A stretch of 63,668 bases of DNA, counting the filler, from Sphaeroforma arctica JP610 (lineage: Eukaryota): assembly GCF_001186125.1 (NCBI RefSeq). It is 9 parts of 2 records of this genome, joined end to end, with 100 filler letters (N's around TTAATTAATTAA, not from the genome) between each part and the next. Parts side by side here need not be neighbours in the genome. Positions count along the whole stretch, not along the records: positions 47,187 to 52,521 come from NW_014040527.1; positions 52,622 to 55,302 come from NW_014040527.1; positions 55,403 to 57,547 come from NW_014040527.1; positions 57,648 to 63,668 come from NW_014040527.1; 5 more parts are not named here. One strand, 5' to 3'. Below the pieces are notes generated by a model that saw only the letters and a list, made by a program, of their open reading frames with translations, was not told the origin of the DNA and ran no database searches. Made by a program: the position numbers and the translations under genes. Below, piece by piece: positions 52,380-63,668 of the stretch; position 1 is the first letter of the stretch, and every line of letters begins with the position of its first letter.

Positions 52380-52654
52380 GTAGAGGGTGATATACTATGT
52401 GTGCTATACTACAATCCGCATCGTTTGCGAGCCGTGATGATGATGCATATATAACCATATGTATATATATATAAATATATATATATATATTAATATATAT
52501 ATACAGATATATATATATACANNNNNNNNNNNNNNNNNNNNNNNNNNNNNNNNNNNNNNNNNNNNTTAATTAATTAANNNNNNNNNNNNNNNNNNNNNNN
52601 NNNNNNNNNNNNNNNNNNNNNTACGAGAGAGGGTGGTAGCATTTGATACTTCCG

Positions 52655-52692
<38 letters not shown>

Positions 52693-52952
52693 ACATATAC
52701 ATATACACACAGACACAGACATATATAAAACTACGATGACCACAACCCACCGTTCATTGTGTACTAAAGTATATACAAAATGAATTCAAGATAAAAATCG
52801 AGTCTGGAAAGACAATCCAAAACTATGAGCCAAATACTAAGACAAAAGGACTGCATTATTATTGTCGCGACAAGTAGGGTGTAGTATTTCAGGATGTTAA
52901 TAAATTGGGTCTGGACAAGTAAGCCGATACTGCTACAACAATTACCACTCAC

Positions 52953-53035
52953 CGCTCGTTATGCGCCAAATTGGGCAGCGTCGATTCGCTTTGCGATGCA
53001 TGGATACCCTTTGCGTGTGCACTCAACGACGGCTG
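52953..53035 (-). CDS. DNM1L: Probable Drp1 variable-region exon
   Basis: ctctctcag|QPSLSAHAKGIHASQSESTLPNLAHNE(R)|gtgagt; the phase-0 start fits the preceding exon. Confidence 0.5.
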
Positions 53036-53699
53036 CTGAGAGAGAGGGCAAACCAGATCAAAGACAACAACGCTTTAGTATGATATGATAATTAGGAATT
53101 GGGATTATGTATATGGAATCTGTGACCTGAAAAGATGAAAGAATACACTATGCGCTTTGAGATGCATGGACGCCCTTTGCTTGTGCACTGAATGACGGCT
53201 GCTGAGAGAGAGGGCAAACCAGACCAAAGACAACAAACAATTAGGAATCTGGAATCTAAATTCAGAATTTGTGACGCATCAGTATGGTAATTAGAAATTG
53301 TAAATATGAAAATAGAATCTATGACCTGAAAAGAAAACAGAAGGCACTTTTCTGATTCGAATTGAGCTGTTCGATGGCAAAGAGAACAATACGCAGCGAG
53401 TCAATATAGCAAGGGGATGAAAATATGGAATTGGAATTTCTAAAGTGCCAATTATATATATATAAAGACATACTTGTCCTCAGAAGGGGCCTGAGTATGC
53501 GTCTCTGATGGCGACATATTCACACCCCGCGGGTACAAATTCAAACTACAAGCAAACCATATCTCTATATATCACAGTAAACTACAGTACACCCGAACTC
53601 GAAACATTGTATATGTACACTACAAAAGCACCCTAAAACACTGAACGGATACACAAAACCCTACAACACAGATAAACTCAGTAGGCACACCATACACAC

Positions 53700-53859
53700 C
53701 ATGCCATCCACCTCATAAGTAGGGTGCTCGGCCTTGTCCTCCGAGGCTGAATCGGGCGGGTTTTGCTGTATGTCTACCGGAGCTGCTGTCGGGTGCAGTG
53801 GATGTAGTGGCACTTGGTCGCTGAGGTGTGGCTGTGGGTTCGGGTTGTGGCCTCGAGTA
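53700..53859 (-). CDS. DNM1L: Probable Drp1 insert-B exon
   Basis: cccacag|...TRGHNPNPQPHL...YEVDGM|gtgtgt; open in the phase-2 frame set by exon 54775-54887. Confidence 0.6.
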
Positions 53860-53892
53860 CTGTGGGTGGATGGGGTGGATCGAGCACCAGGG

Positions 53893-54465
53893 ATTAGATA
53901 GATAGATGGATGGATGGATATAAATTAGATAGATAGATTTATAGATGGATATAAATTAGATAGATAGATAGATAGATAGATGGATGTATATAAATTAGAT
54001 AGATAGATAGATGGATGGATGGATATAAATTAGATAGATAGATAGATAGATAGATGGATATAAAATTAGATAGATTGATAGATGGATATTATAAATTAGA
54101 TAGATAGATGGATGGATATAAAATAGATAGATAGATAGATGGATGGAAATAAATTAGATAGATAGATAGATGGATGGATGTAAATTAGATAGATAGATGG
54201 ATATAAATTAGATAGATAGATGGATGGATATAAATTAGATCGATAGATAGATGGATGGATGGATGGATGGATGTAAATTAGATAAATAGATAGATGGGTA
54301 TAAACTAGATCGATGGATTGATAGATGGATGGATATAAAATAGATAGATAGATAGATGGATGGATATAAATTAGATATATATATATATATAATAGATAGA
54401 TAAATAGACAGATATAAAATAGATAGATGGATATAAATTAGATAGATAGATAGATAGATATAGAT
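53893..54465. repeat. Intronic GATA/GGAT compound microsatellite
   Basis: (agat)n(ggat)n blocks punctuated by ataaatt. Confidence 0.95.
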
Positions 54466-54774
54466 TCAATCACAAGCATACGGTTCTGTGTCGAGTGCCA
54501 CCCACTACGTGTACGAATACCACAACCACAAACCTGGTTTACACTCCTGTGATTGGGTTTCTATACAACACGGATACCACAAATCTAGAGATGCTCAAAC
54601 TACACAAATAAACCTGGTATACACACCTGTGATTAATTTTCAATACCATACGGATATCATACCTGGAAGATGCTCAAACTACACACATAAGCCTAGTTTA
54701 CACACTTGTGATTAAGTTCCAATACAACACAGATACCAAACACCCAGAGATGCACATAAACTTGGTTTACACAC

Positions 54775-54887
54775 CTGTGATTGCGTTTCTCCATAATACG
54801 GCTCACAGCCTCCTGGCCGCCTACAAAGTCTGGGTGGTTGGTGTTGATGTACGCCAACTCCATTCCAATCAACTGCTTGATCATCGC
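54775..54887 (-). CDS. DNM1L: Drp1 middle-domain exon
   Basis: catacag|AMIKQLIGMELAYINTNHPDFVGG...NH|gtgtgt; ELAYINTxHPDF is a dynamin-family motif. Confidence 0.9.
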
Positions 54888-55420
54888 CTGTATGATATGA
54901 GTCATCAAATGCCCATCTCTTAACACACGTGCAACTACGCATATGTACTATCTCTCTAAACTACAAGCTGTCCTGGGTGGCTTAAGCCAAAGATCCGTAC
55001 CAGAGATTAGTACACATACATTGGTCTATCTGGAGTTAAGGCATAGTATCTAAAAATAGTATATATTGAGTCAAAGATGAGTAGTAGCAACAAATAGTAC
55101 AAATACCTGGGTCTAACTTGATCGTCTGACTTGATGGGAAGATTAGTATCCAAAATATAGTACACTCCAATACTACACATACCTGGGTCTAAGGTTTTAG
55201 GGTTTTAATACTACACATAACTGGGTCTAAGGTTTTAGGGTTTCAATACTATACATAACTTGGTCTAAAGTTTTAGGGTTTTAATACTACACATACCTGG
55301 GGNNNNNNNNNNNNNNNNNNNNNNNNNNNNNNNNNNNNNNNNNNNNTTAATTAATTAANNNNNNNNNNNNNNNNNNNNNNNNNNNNNNNNNNNNNNNNNN
55401 NNATATATACTATAACATAC

Positions 55421-55610
55421 CTAGGGGTCGTCTGGTTACGATGCCAGTTCCTCGGGGTAGAAAATCCTTGCCGACTATGTTCTCCAGAACGGAACTTTTG
55501 CCACTGGACTGTGCACCTACAACAGTGATCTGAGGCAGTTGCAGTATGTCCTCATCGACTGTGGAAAACACATCTTGAAGCTTGTTGATTACCGGTATGA
55601 GTTCGTCCAT
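55421..55610 (-). CDS. DNM1L: Dynamin-related GTPase (Drp1/Dnm1-like), exon 1
   Basis: [15 protein letters not shown]...[39 protein letters not shown]|gtatgt. Vps1 or classical dynamin is not excluded. Confidence 0.9.
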
Positions 55611-57228
55611 GGTAAGTTAAGCCGGTACAACTGTTGATTCGTATACAAGCAATCGCGCTAATATAAGGGGATTGTTTTATTCACAGAAAACAAATCCCGG
55701 ACGTAGAGGTGGGTGTGCGAGAGGTAAGAGGATCGGAAATAGCTATATGAACCACTGTCTATCTATCTACGTACACAGTAATGTCAGTAGATGTGTAGGA
55801 TATGCATGTATTCAGCTTCCTGTGTCTATTCGCACTTTTATTAAAGGAATAACACCCAAATAGATCCATATATAAAAGTATATTATAATCTCACGTGATG
55901 TTTTTATAGATATCTATTTAGCCTTGGGTATGTATAAAAATAAATACGAATTTCAAAAAATATATAGGAATACAGAATAACACTTTCAAACTCTCCAGTC
56001 CAATGCCTCTTCAGACTTTCATATGATATCATCAGAGCCCATCTGCCCCATCAGTCCGAGATCCAGAGTGTCCGACACACACAGTCACACACTCACACTG
56101 TCCCAAGTCCTAATTCGTGGGACAGGTGCACGTATGACTCATCACGCTATGTCACATCAGTCACAGTCACTCACTGTGACACAGTCTCAACTCACAAGTC
56201 ACAGCCTCATACTCATAGGCACATACATAGGCCGGCGGAAAACCGGACAAGCGGGCATGAGTCGGTTACTCAAAGTCGTCTCTGGTTTATCGTCACAGGT
56301 GACGTCTCTACTCCACAAACTCGATTGTGGCTCATACCATGGCTAGTTGGCTACGGGCGAACGGTAACCTCAATACGTGTAGCGTGTTGCGTAAAAGCGT
56401 ATATACTGTGGATGAAAATACATTTACGTTTATCGTTACGTGTTGTGCTAAAACGTATACACTTTGAATATGAACGAATACATGTCTACCTTTAACGTTT
56501 ATATCGTGTGAACGAATACATGTCTACCTTTAACGTTTATATCGTGGTGGCTTTTTAGGGTGTCGATAAATACAAGTGCAGAATCAGAGCTCTAAGGTGC
56601 ACAGTTTCCAAAAGATGTAGTCAAGCTGTTCGTATAATTCGATAATAGGTCGATTGTTGTTGTCTTCAACCCATTTAACGTTTACCAGCAGATATCAATC
56701 GAATAAAGCGTTAACTTGAAATTTTGGTCTTTTTTTATTAGTAAGTGGATTGAGCGCGGCCCATGAGTTGTTATAGGTACCGAACATCTACCGATTCTCC
56801 CATCTTATAATGATCTTTGGCGGGAAACTTTATTATATACTGTTGTGTGAGGGGGGGGGGTACTAATAACATATTTGAAATATGATATGTATCCAAAAAA
56901 TAAATAAAGAACCCTCTGTAGGCTATAGGCCACAGCTATACTGCATAGGAGCGTATAGTATAGAGGTGATAAAATATGTTTGTTTGGATTTATTAGAAGG
57001 CTACTATATGATATATTTATTTATTTTAACCTTACGCGAGAAACAACCGATTATTATATGGTGCCGTGGAGATCTATAATAGTTTGATAACAAGGGGTGT
57101 ATCTTCTGCGGCCATCAAAGCGCGCACACGCATCTCCCAATACTCGTCACAGGAGAAAGTGTAACAATAGTGTATTTAAGGACAACTGCCGATAAATCGT
57201 CAACGCATATGTAAATACATTTAAATAC

Positions 57229-57269
<41 letters not shown>

Positions 57270-57295
57270 CGCATATATAGACTGAACCTCTATAG

Positions 57296-57467
57296 ATTAT
57301 GGGAGACCACTGGCTTTCGGCTGGTGTACACACCTCAACAAGGCTAGTGAGTACACCACAACGGAGTACATTGTATACTACTAGCGACACATCTACGATG
57401 AAAATGTCCTACAGTGTTCGCCAAGATGTCCCAATCACTGGTGCACAGACGATAGCCAAAACATCAG
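57296..57467 (+). CDS. Possible exon of an unidentified gene
   Basis: ctctatag| ... ACATCAG|gtatgt brackets an open, non-repetitive stretch next to a gap; no homology recognised. Confidence 0.25.
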
Positions 57468-57704
57468 GTATGTGTTTACACGACATCTCATACCGTGTGA
57501 TACCAATCTCATACTTACATTTGCTCATACGCCAGGTTTTATATACANNNNNNNNNNNNNNNNNNNNNNNNNNNNNNNNNNNNNNNNNNNNTTAATTAAT
57601 TAANNNNNNNNNNNNNNNNNNNNNNNNNNNNNNNNNNNNNNNNNNNNATATTATGTGTGTGTGTGAGTGTGTGAGTGTGGGGTGTATTTGTGTGTGTGTG
57701 CGTG

Positions 57705-57747
<43 letters not shown>

Positions 57748-57997
57748 TTCCGTATGTAAACTTATTTGTGAGTTCGTGTGAGTCGCTCTGTGAGTGTGTA
57801 CATATGAGTGAGTATACACGTGCTTGTACATTTATATGGTATTCCTATAAAATATTTTTAGTATATCAACGTACAATTGTATTTATGTATGTTTCTTATG
57901 TATCGATAACCTTTACCAAATTTTGAATATGAAGTAAGCAGAGGTATACGTTTGTGATTGAGTTTTATTGCGATATTGAAGTACATGCCAGCCATCT

Positions 57998-60187
57998 TTA
58001 ACCAAGATCTGTGGTCGATTCAGCCGCGCAAGCGTTGTTTTTCCTTCGGTAAACAATTGTATTGACCCCGATGCCTCCAACCAAACCAACAATTAGTGCT
58101 GCTACGGCAACACCTACTACAGCACCCACACTCAGACCTTGGTCCAGACAGGACTGCTCGACGCAGCTAGATTCAGCTGTAGACGTCTGTGCCACTAATG
58201 TTTGGATCAAACTGGCAGGGTATGTCTTCTGTGGTTTGGGCTCGTAGAAGTCTCTAGGAGTCATCACATTCCAAGTTGCGTCTTCATCGGTGGATATGCA
58301 ACTAGCAAACTCCTTGAGTGCATCTATATCACCTGTCACACTGACCAGCGAAGAGTTTTCGGTTACCAGAGCAGCGATGAGGTCAGATCTGGTTTTGGCT
58401 GTGAAATTGGCCGTAGACCCGGAGCGTGGATTCATGTCGGTGATAGGTAGTGAAAGCATGACCGCATTCGAGATGCGCACGTCGAGCATCTCGTTGGTTT
58501 CTTCAACACCGACCAAGATCGATAGACCGTGCGCCTTGTTGGCTTGCTCGGGGTTGATTCGAATCTCCAGACCCTGAAGAAGCATGTACAATGGCATGTT
58601 CAGTACAAACGATGGTCCAAGGTCAGCGGGCGGGTAAGCCCCTTTTCCATGTCTTAACTCTTCAGACCCAGTCTGCATATAATTGCGGCGAGGCCCACTC
58701 TCTTCGCTGTAGCCGATCTGCTCCAAACAATCAGCTTCCAGGTACTTTGCCGCCATATCCGTGGGATCGTTGAAAACCGCGTGGTTCATGATCTTTGCGC
58801 AGTACCTGTAGTTTTCGTTGTCACGGTGCCACTCGCCCCTCTTTCTCACTTCTGCATTCCCTCCCATGTCGGCAGCATACTGCTGTGCACGCTCGACCGG
58901 AGGAAGTTGCTGATAGGTAGCGGGTTTACCGTCCCACCAGCCAACATAGAATTGATATACCTCCTTGGAGTTGTGTTTGAGATGTCCGTAGTGACCACGT
59001 GTACTGAAGTTGGAATCCAATGAGGCTGGCAACTCGATTGTTTCGCTGATCTCTTCCATACCTAGGCCCAATTTTAGCAGACGAACAGCCTGATTATGAG
59101 GGAACTTGATAGTGTCACGATAATTTTCGAGATGTTCGACAACAGCAGCATTGCCATATTTAGGCCAGTGATGCTGTCCAATCATGTTCTCCACTAGCCA
59201 TAATGATCTAAGGTCTTCTGGAGCGCCGCAACCCACTTCATAGTATCCCGACCTTTCGCACCTCTGGGCGTTAAACAATTATGCATCCCCATAACAACAT
59301 TTTCACCCGTATTAAGTAATTTCAACTCGGGCACAAAGAAGTGAAACTCGCTTGGTGCTTCAGGACTCAGAGTCAGCATGAATTCGAAATCCAGTCCAGC
59401 CATTGTATGGTGTTCGAGATCGGTGTCAATAGAGATGGTGGGTGCCACGAAACCAAACTGTGAGTTGGCAGCACCGAACGCGAGTCCAGCGTGGATCGAG
59501 CCCTGGGCATGAGGTTTGATAAGATTTCCGTACATGTAGAACGCGCGTCGAAACATTGATCCGGCGACCATATAGTTCTCAGACAGCGCCTCTTCAACAA
59601 AGTTGAGAGGGGCGACTACTTGAATGGATCCGTTAATGAAGGATTCCTCTGGTGCGAGCCCGAGGACTCCGCCGAAATGATCGATATGAGAGTGCGTGAA
59701 AATGACACTGTGTAGTGTTTGGCGCCGGTATGGGGACCGACATGCGTCATATATAGTTCGAATGCTATCTTAGCAGGCTCGGAGCTGCCGAGTAGATTTA
59801 CCACTATCAGTCCTTCGGGAGCTTCAATGATAGTCATTGTAGCCAGATCCATACCACGTACTTGATACACTTTGTCTTGTACTCTATAGACACCAGTGCG
59901 CGCTAGAAACTGTGCCTGTCGCCATGTGGAGGGGTTGACACTAGCGCAATGATGGCGTCGGAATCGATAGCTACATTTTCGCCGCTTGTATCCATTATTC
60001 TTGTCGTGTTTGGGGCGACAACAAATCCACAGTCAACCTCCTCGTACATTGTATAGTTGCTGAAGTTGAGATTCTTGTCAGACTCTGCAATCTCGGCCTT
60101 TGTGAAATCGCTGGCTGGCTTGTAGGAAGCATCCAGCGATGCATAAGCACCAGTTGCTACTGCGGCTGCGATTGTATACCTAAGCAT
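57998..60187 (-). pseudogene. SdsA1/BDS1-type alkyl sulfatase (metallo-beta-lactamase fold) with signal peptide and C-terminal TM; three frameshifts
   Basis: SVNPSTWRQAQF, YQVRGMDLATMT, THSHIDHFGG, EAPSEFHF, GQHHWP, RGHYGHLKHN, YVGWWDG. Frameshifts near 59945, 59715 and 59195; no introns. Confidence 0.85.
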
Positions 60188-60395
60188 TGTTATTCGGAAA
60201 GATGAGTGTGCTTTAAGACTCGTACGTTGATGTACTACTATTTCCCTGTAATGTTATCATCCTTTTATACACCGGCACATCGCTTGTCTTCCTCGCATCT
60301 CTACATAAATCAGATCAATATGAGGTATCTGGAGTTCCTGAGTGTCCTTTTTTATTGACCAAATGTAAACTGAACAAATGATAAAATAGTATCGA

Positions 60396-60525
60396 ATGTG
60401 GAACGTATAGAGTAAAACTGAAAACACCCGATGATCGGATTGAACTCGAATGAGTGGAAATAGATCTTATTCGAGTTCAATCCGAATCATCGGGTGTTTT
60501 CAGTTTTACTCAATACGTTCCACAT
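60396..60525. repeat. Near-perfect inverted repeat (hairpin)
   Basis: Arms 60396-60454 and 60466-60525, 11-nt loop, 2 substitutions and one 1-nt indel. Confidence 0.95.
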
Positions 60526-61618
60526 CTAAAATTCTATGTATTGCAGTATGCCTTAAATACTTTTAGATCAGAATTCATCTGACTACATATCAGTTTTGCA
60601 ACCTTTGTGCAGAGGCCAGAGAATAAACTCGACCTCTCAAGTCACAAAAGTTTTGAACTGTGAACATGACATCCGAATTTCAGGATAAAACTTAAAAGGT
60701 CAAAGGAGCACACATACTTTCATCATACTACTTTGTCACATTGGTCCGTACTCCGCAGTCTGCAAAAGAGTCAGAAATTCCTATTATGGCAAAGAGGGCT
60801 CTCGAGAGTTGAATGTTGCTGATATGATATATCATACTTTATAATATTTAGTTGCTTGTAAATTGAACAAAGGCTATGTATGGCTGTATGCTGTTATGCA
60901 GCCTATGCTGTACATATGCATGAACTATACAAAAAAAAAACCAGAACCTCTGAACCTGATCACACATAGGCTTGGACAATTGATAAACCGACGGAATTCA
61001 ACAGTTGTATTTATTTCTGGGATCCGGAATTCCGAAGTTTTACTGAATATCACCCGATTGGCGATTGGCGATATATTTCAAAATTTTCGTGAAAAGGATT
61101 TGTTTCTGAAAAAGCTGAAAAGTGAAACACTGAAAACACTGAAAACAGAAAACTGAACACTGGAAGTCTGGAACAGTGAGGCAAACTGCAAAGTGAGTCA
61201 AAAGTGAAAACTCAAACTGAAAAGGTGGAGTCTTGACTCTTGAAGTCCAACTGAAGACCACTGGACCAGGCTGAACGGCTGAACCACAGTTACAGAACCA
61301 GTGTACACTGAACTAGTGAACTCCTGATACAGTTGTTTTCCTAATTTTTTTATTTTACCGTTTGCATGGATAAATCTTAGCGCTCCTACGGCTCCGAGCC
61401 CTACTCGCGATTGGTTTACGCCTTTTATATAGAGCTACATATACGCTACGTCAGACGTCAGTTTGTCTTTTGATTCAAGCAAATATCGATCGCTGGATGC
61501 ACCGCATTATGGCTACAAAAGTCTGCTTTCTGATATTTAAGCGCTCACCAGGTCATTATAATCACCAGAATATACTTAATAGTTTACATTTGCATAATCA
61601 ACTAAACGACTATTTAAG

Positions 61619-63352
61619 ATGTCACTCTCAAAGTCTCTTCGATCTCTCCCTGCTTCTACTAAGCAGGTCTACGACTATGTAGTTGTTGGTGGCGGAAGTG
61701 CCGGCTGTGTAATGGCCAATCGCCTCTCATCGGACCCCAATGTGCGAGTGGCTTTACTGGAGACAGGCTCAGATGATAACACACCACTCATCCGCAACCC
61801 CAGTGGGTTTTTCTGGACCGTTCCCTACAGTAAAAAGTACAACCATCGATACTGGACAACACCTCAGAAGAACTGTAATGGTAGGAACATGTTCCAGCCT
61901 CGTGGTCGCGGAGTCGGCGGCTCCTCTGCGATTAACGCTATGGTATATATTCGTGGCTTGAAATATGACTTCACCAACTTATGGGCGGAGGAAAATAAAT
62001 GCAACGGTTGGGAATGGGAGAATGTGCTACCCATTTTCAAGGAATTGGAGAATAATGATACGCTCAAAAATAACGCTTACCACGGTAACGAAGGTCCTCT
62101 TCATGTGCGGACCCAGAATCACATTGGCCCATACAGTAAGCGCATTGTCAAAGCAGGCAACGAGTTGGGATGGAAAACAACCGATGACTTTAATGGAGCA
62201 GACCAGTCTGGAGTGGGGTATTATCAGTACACACAGACCAAGGGTGGGCGCTGCAGCACTGGTGTTGCCTTTCTGACCCCAGAGGTCCGAGCTCGCCCAA
62301 ATCTGGATGTTATTGTTGATGCTCATACCACAAAGGTACTCACGGAAGGCAGGCGGGCGACTGGAGTGCATGCAGTGGTATCAGGCAGCTCAGATTCTGC
62401 TAACCCCGTAACATTCGAAGCGAAAAATGATGTTGTCCTGTGCGGTGGTGCATTTAACAGTCCACAGTTACTGATGCTCTCAGGAATTGGCCCTAAGGAC
62501 CAGCTTACTAAGTATGGAATTGATGTAGTACATGAATTGCCAGGAGTGGGTCAGAATCTTCAGGATCATGCCGACATCTGTGTGAATGCAAAAACTTCGA
62601 GAATAAGTATGCCACTGCAAATCGGGCTAACCAACCTACCAAGTCAGATTAAGCACTTCTTCCTAGGTCTTTTCAAAAAAGAAGGAGTGTTCATGGGAGA
62701 CAATCAAATGGTCGGCTCATTCTTCAAAAGCAAGCCTGACATTCCCGCTAATGATATTCAAATGCATGTTGCACCCTTCTACTACAAAGATCACGGGGCC
62801 ACTTTACGATACGGTGGTGGCATCTCGGTCAAATCGTGCTATATGCGGCCCGAGTCTCGCGGGACAGTCGGTCTGAATTCGGCTGACCCAATGGAGGGGC
62901 CACTGATTGACCCCAACTATTACGATGTGCCCGCCGACTTTGACCCCATGGTGGCTGCAGTACGAAAAAGCATTGAGCTGATTCAAACCAAGACTCTAGC
63001 AGAAGATAACCTGGTGGTCAGTGGATTTGGCGATAAGGATGTTAACAACCTTACCGATAACGACATCAAGGAGTATCTACGTGAAAATACCGAATCCATC
63101 TACCACCCGGTATCTACCTGTAGAATGGGTCCATCATCAGATCCTATGGCAGTGGTTGATCACTCCAATGGTCTGAAAGTACACGGAATGGAAGGACTTA
63201 GAGTGATCGACGCCTCCGTCATGCCTACAGTAGTATCTGGAAATACGAATGCACCTACCATGGTAATAGCCCAGAAAGCATACAATCAAATGGTTGGTCA
63301 GGATGGAGTTGTCGATGTCACCGATGCACTACTAGTAGATAATCAATTATAA
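61619..63352 (+). CDS. GMC oxidoreductase (choline/alcohol dehydrogenase-like), intronless, 577 aa
   Basis: YDYVVVGGGSAGCVMANRLS, GRGVGGSSAINAMVYIRG, GAFNSPQLLMLSGIG, GVGQNLQDH, YHPVSTCRMG, GLRVIDASVMP, GNTNAPT. Confidence 0.97.
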   Translation: MSLSKSLRSLPASTKQVYDYVVVGGGSAGCVMANRLSSDPNVRVALLETGSDDNTPLIRNPSGFFWTVPYSKKYNHRYWTTPQKNCNGRNMFQPRGRGVGGSSAINAMVYIRGLKYDFTNLWAEENKCNGWEWENVLPIFKELENNDTLKNNAYHGNEGPLHVRTQNHIGPYSKRIVKAGNELGWKTTDDFNGADQSGVGYYQYTQTKGGRCSTGVAFLTPEVRARPNLDVIVDAHTTKVLTEGRRATGVHAVVSGSSDSANPVTFEAKNDVVLCGGAFNSPQLLMLSGIGPKDQLTKYGIDVVHELPGVGQNLQDHADICVNAKTSRISMPLQIGLTNLPSQIKHFFLGLFKKEGVFMGDNQMVGSFFKSKPDIPANDIQMHVAPFYYKDHGATLRYGGGISVKSCYMRPESRGTVGLNSADPMEGPLIDPNYYDVPADFDPMVAAVRKSIELIQTKTLAEDNLVVSGFGDKDVNNLTDNDIKEYLRENTESIYHPVSTCRMGPSSDPMAVVDHSNGLKVHGMEGLRVIDASVMPTVVSGNTNAPTMVIAQKAYNQMVGQDGVVDVTDALLVDNQL

Positions 63353-63668
63353 GTCGTGCTGACAAGACGTGGGTCGTTCTTACCACAAATTCTTCTAACA
63401 TCCTCAAAATACCATTGTACCGACATTAATTAAATATTATCAAGTAAACGCAACCTAAGGTTTATTGCAATATAATACAAATACATTTTTTTACGGTTGC
63501 ATACCTTGAATTGTGCAATGTGCACAGAGAAACAACCATACAGATGGTGATTTGCGTGTATATATGTATATGGACTCTATTTTCATTTTGTAATATATAT
63601 ATATATATATAGTAGAAAATATTATATATATTGTTTATCACATACTATCTATAGATATATATAGAACA

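Noticed and set aside
52380..52454. ORF-track C-termini of MOF, WNK (46971-46976), TBC (47220-47336) and Drp1 (55410-55420)
   Set aside because: Read-through past clear GT donors into introns.

Overview
Eukaryotic draft-genome scaffold: GT-AG introns, abundant TA/TG microsatellites, and 100-nt gap blocks each containing an artificial TTAATTAATTAA stop linker. The gene set (WDFY3/ALFY-type BEACH protein, WNK, KAT8/MOF, Drp1, Krueppel-type C2H2) suggests an animal-related unicellular opisthokont; this is inference only. Layout: 5' exons of a WDFY3-like gene (-, 27-4907); a SINA-type RING relic; a probable two-exon C2H2 zinc-finger gene (7301-9940); a nested transposon graveyard (~10.8-29.2 kb) with two decayed Ty3/gypsy-like pol regions, an APE+RT LINE and a helicase-like relic; two long orphan ORFs; satellite/MITE-rich DNA (36-46 kb); then WNK kinase, TBC protein, MOF, Drp1, a frameshifted SdsA-type alkyl sulfatase and an intact GMC oxidoreductase. 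Top observation: the gypsy-like element carries a DIRS-style N6-adenine DNA methyltransferase domain (DW...FGP...DMFA...GDAF...NPPW) between RNase H and a DDE integrase, and the second copy ends in a chromodomain-like tail. Also notable: intronic tandem repeats that copy their own splice sites, a zinc-finger protein with a mitochondrial-presequence-like first exon, a divergent intronless sulfatase/GMC pair with a near-perfect 130-bp hairpin between them, and a TBC domain lacking both catalytic fingers. All family calls come from manual translation and motif recognition; no searches were run.
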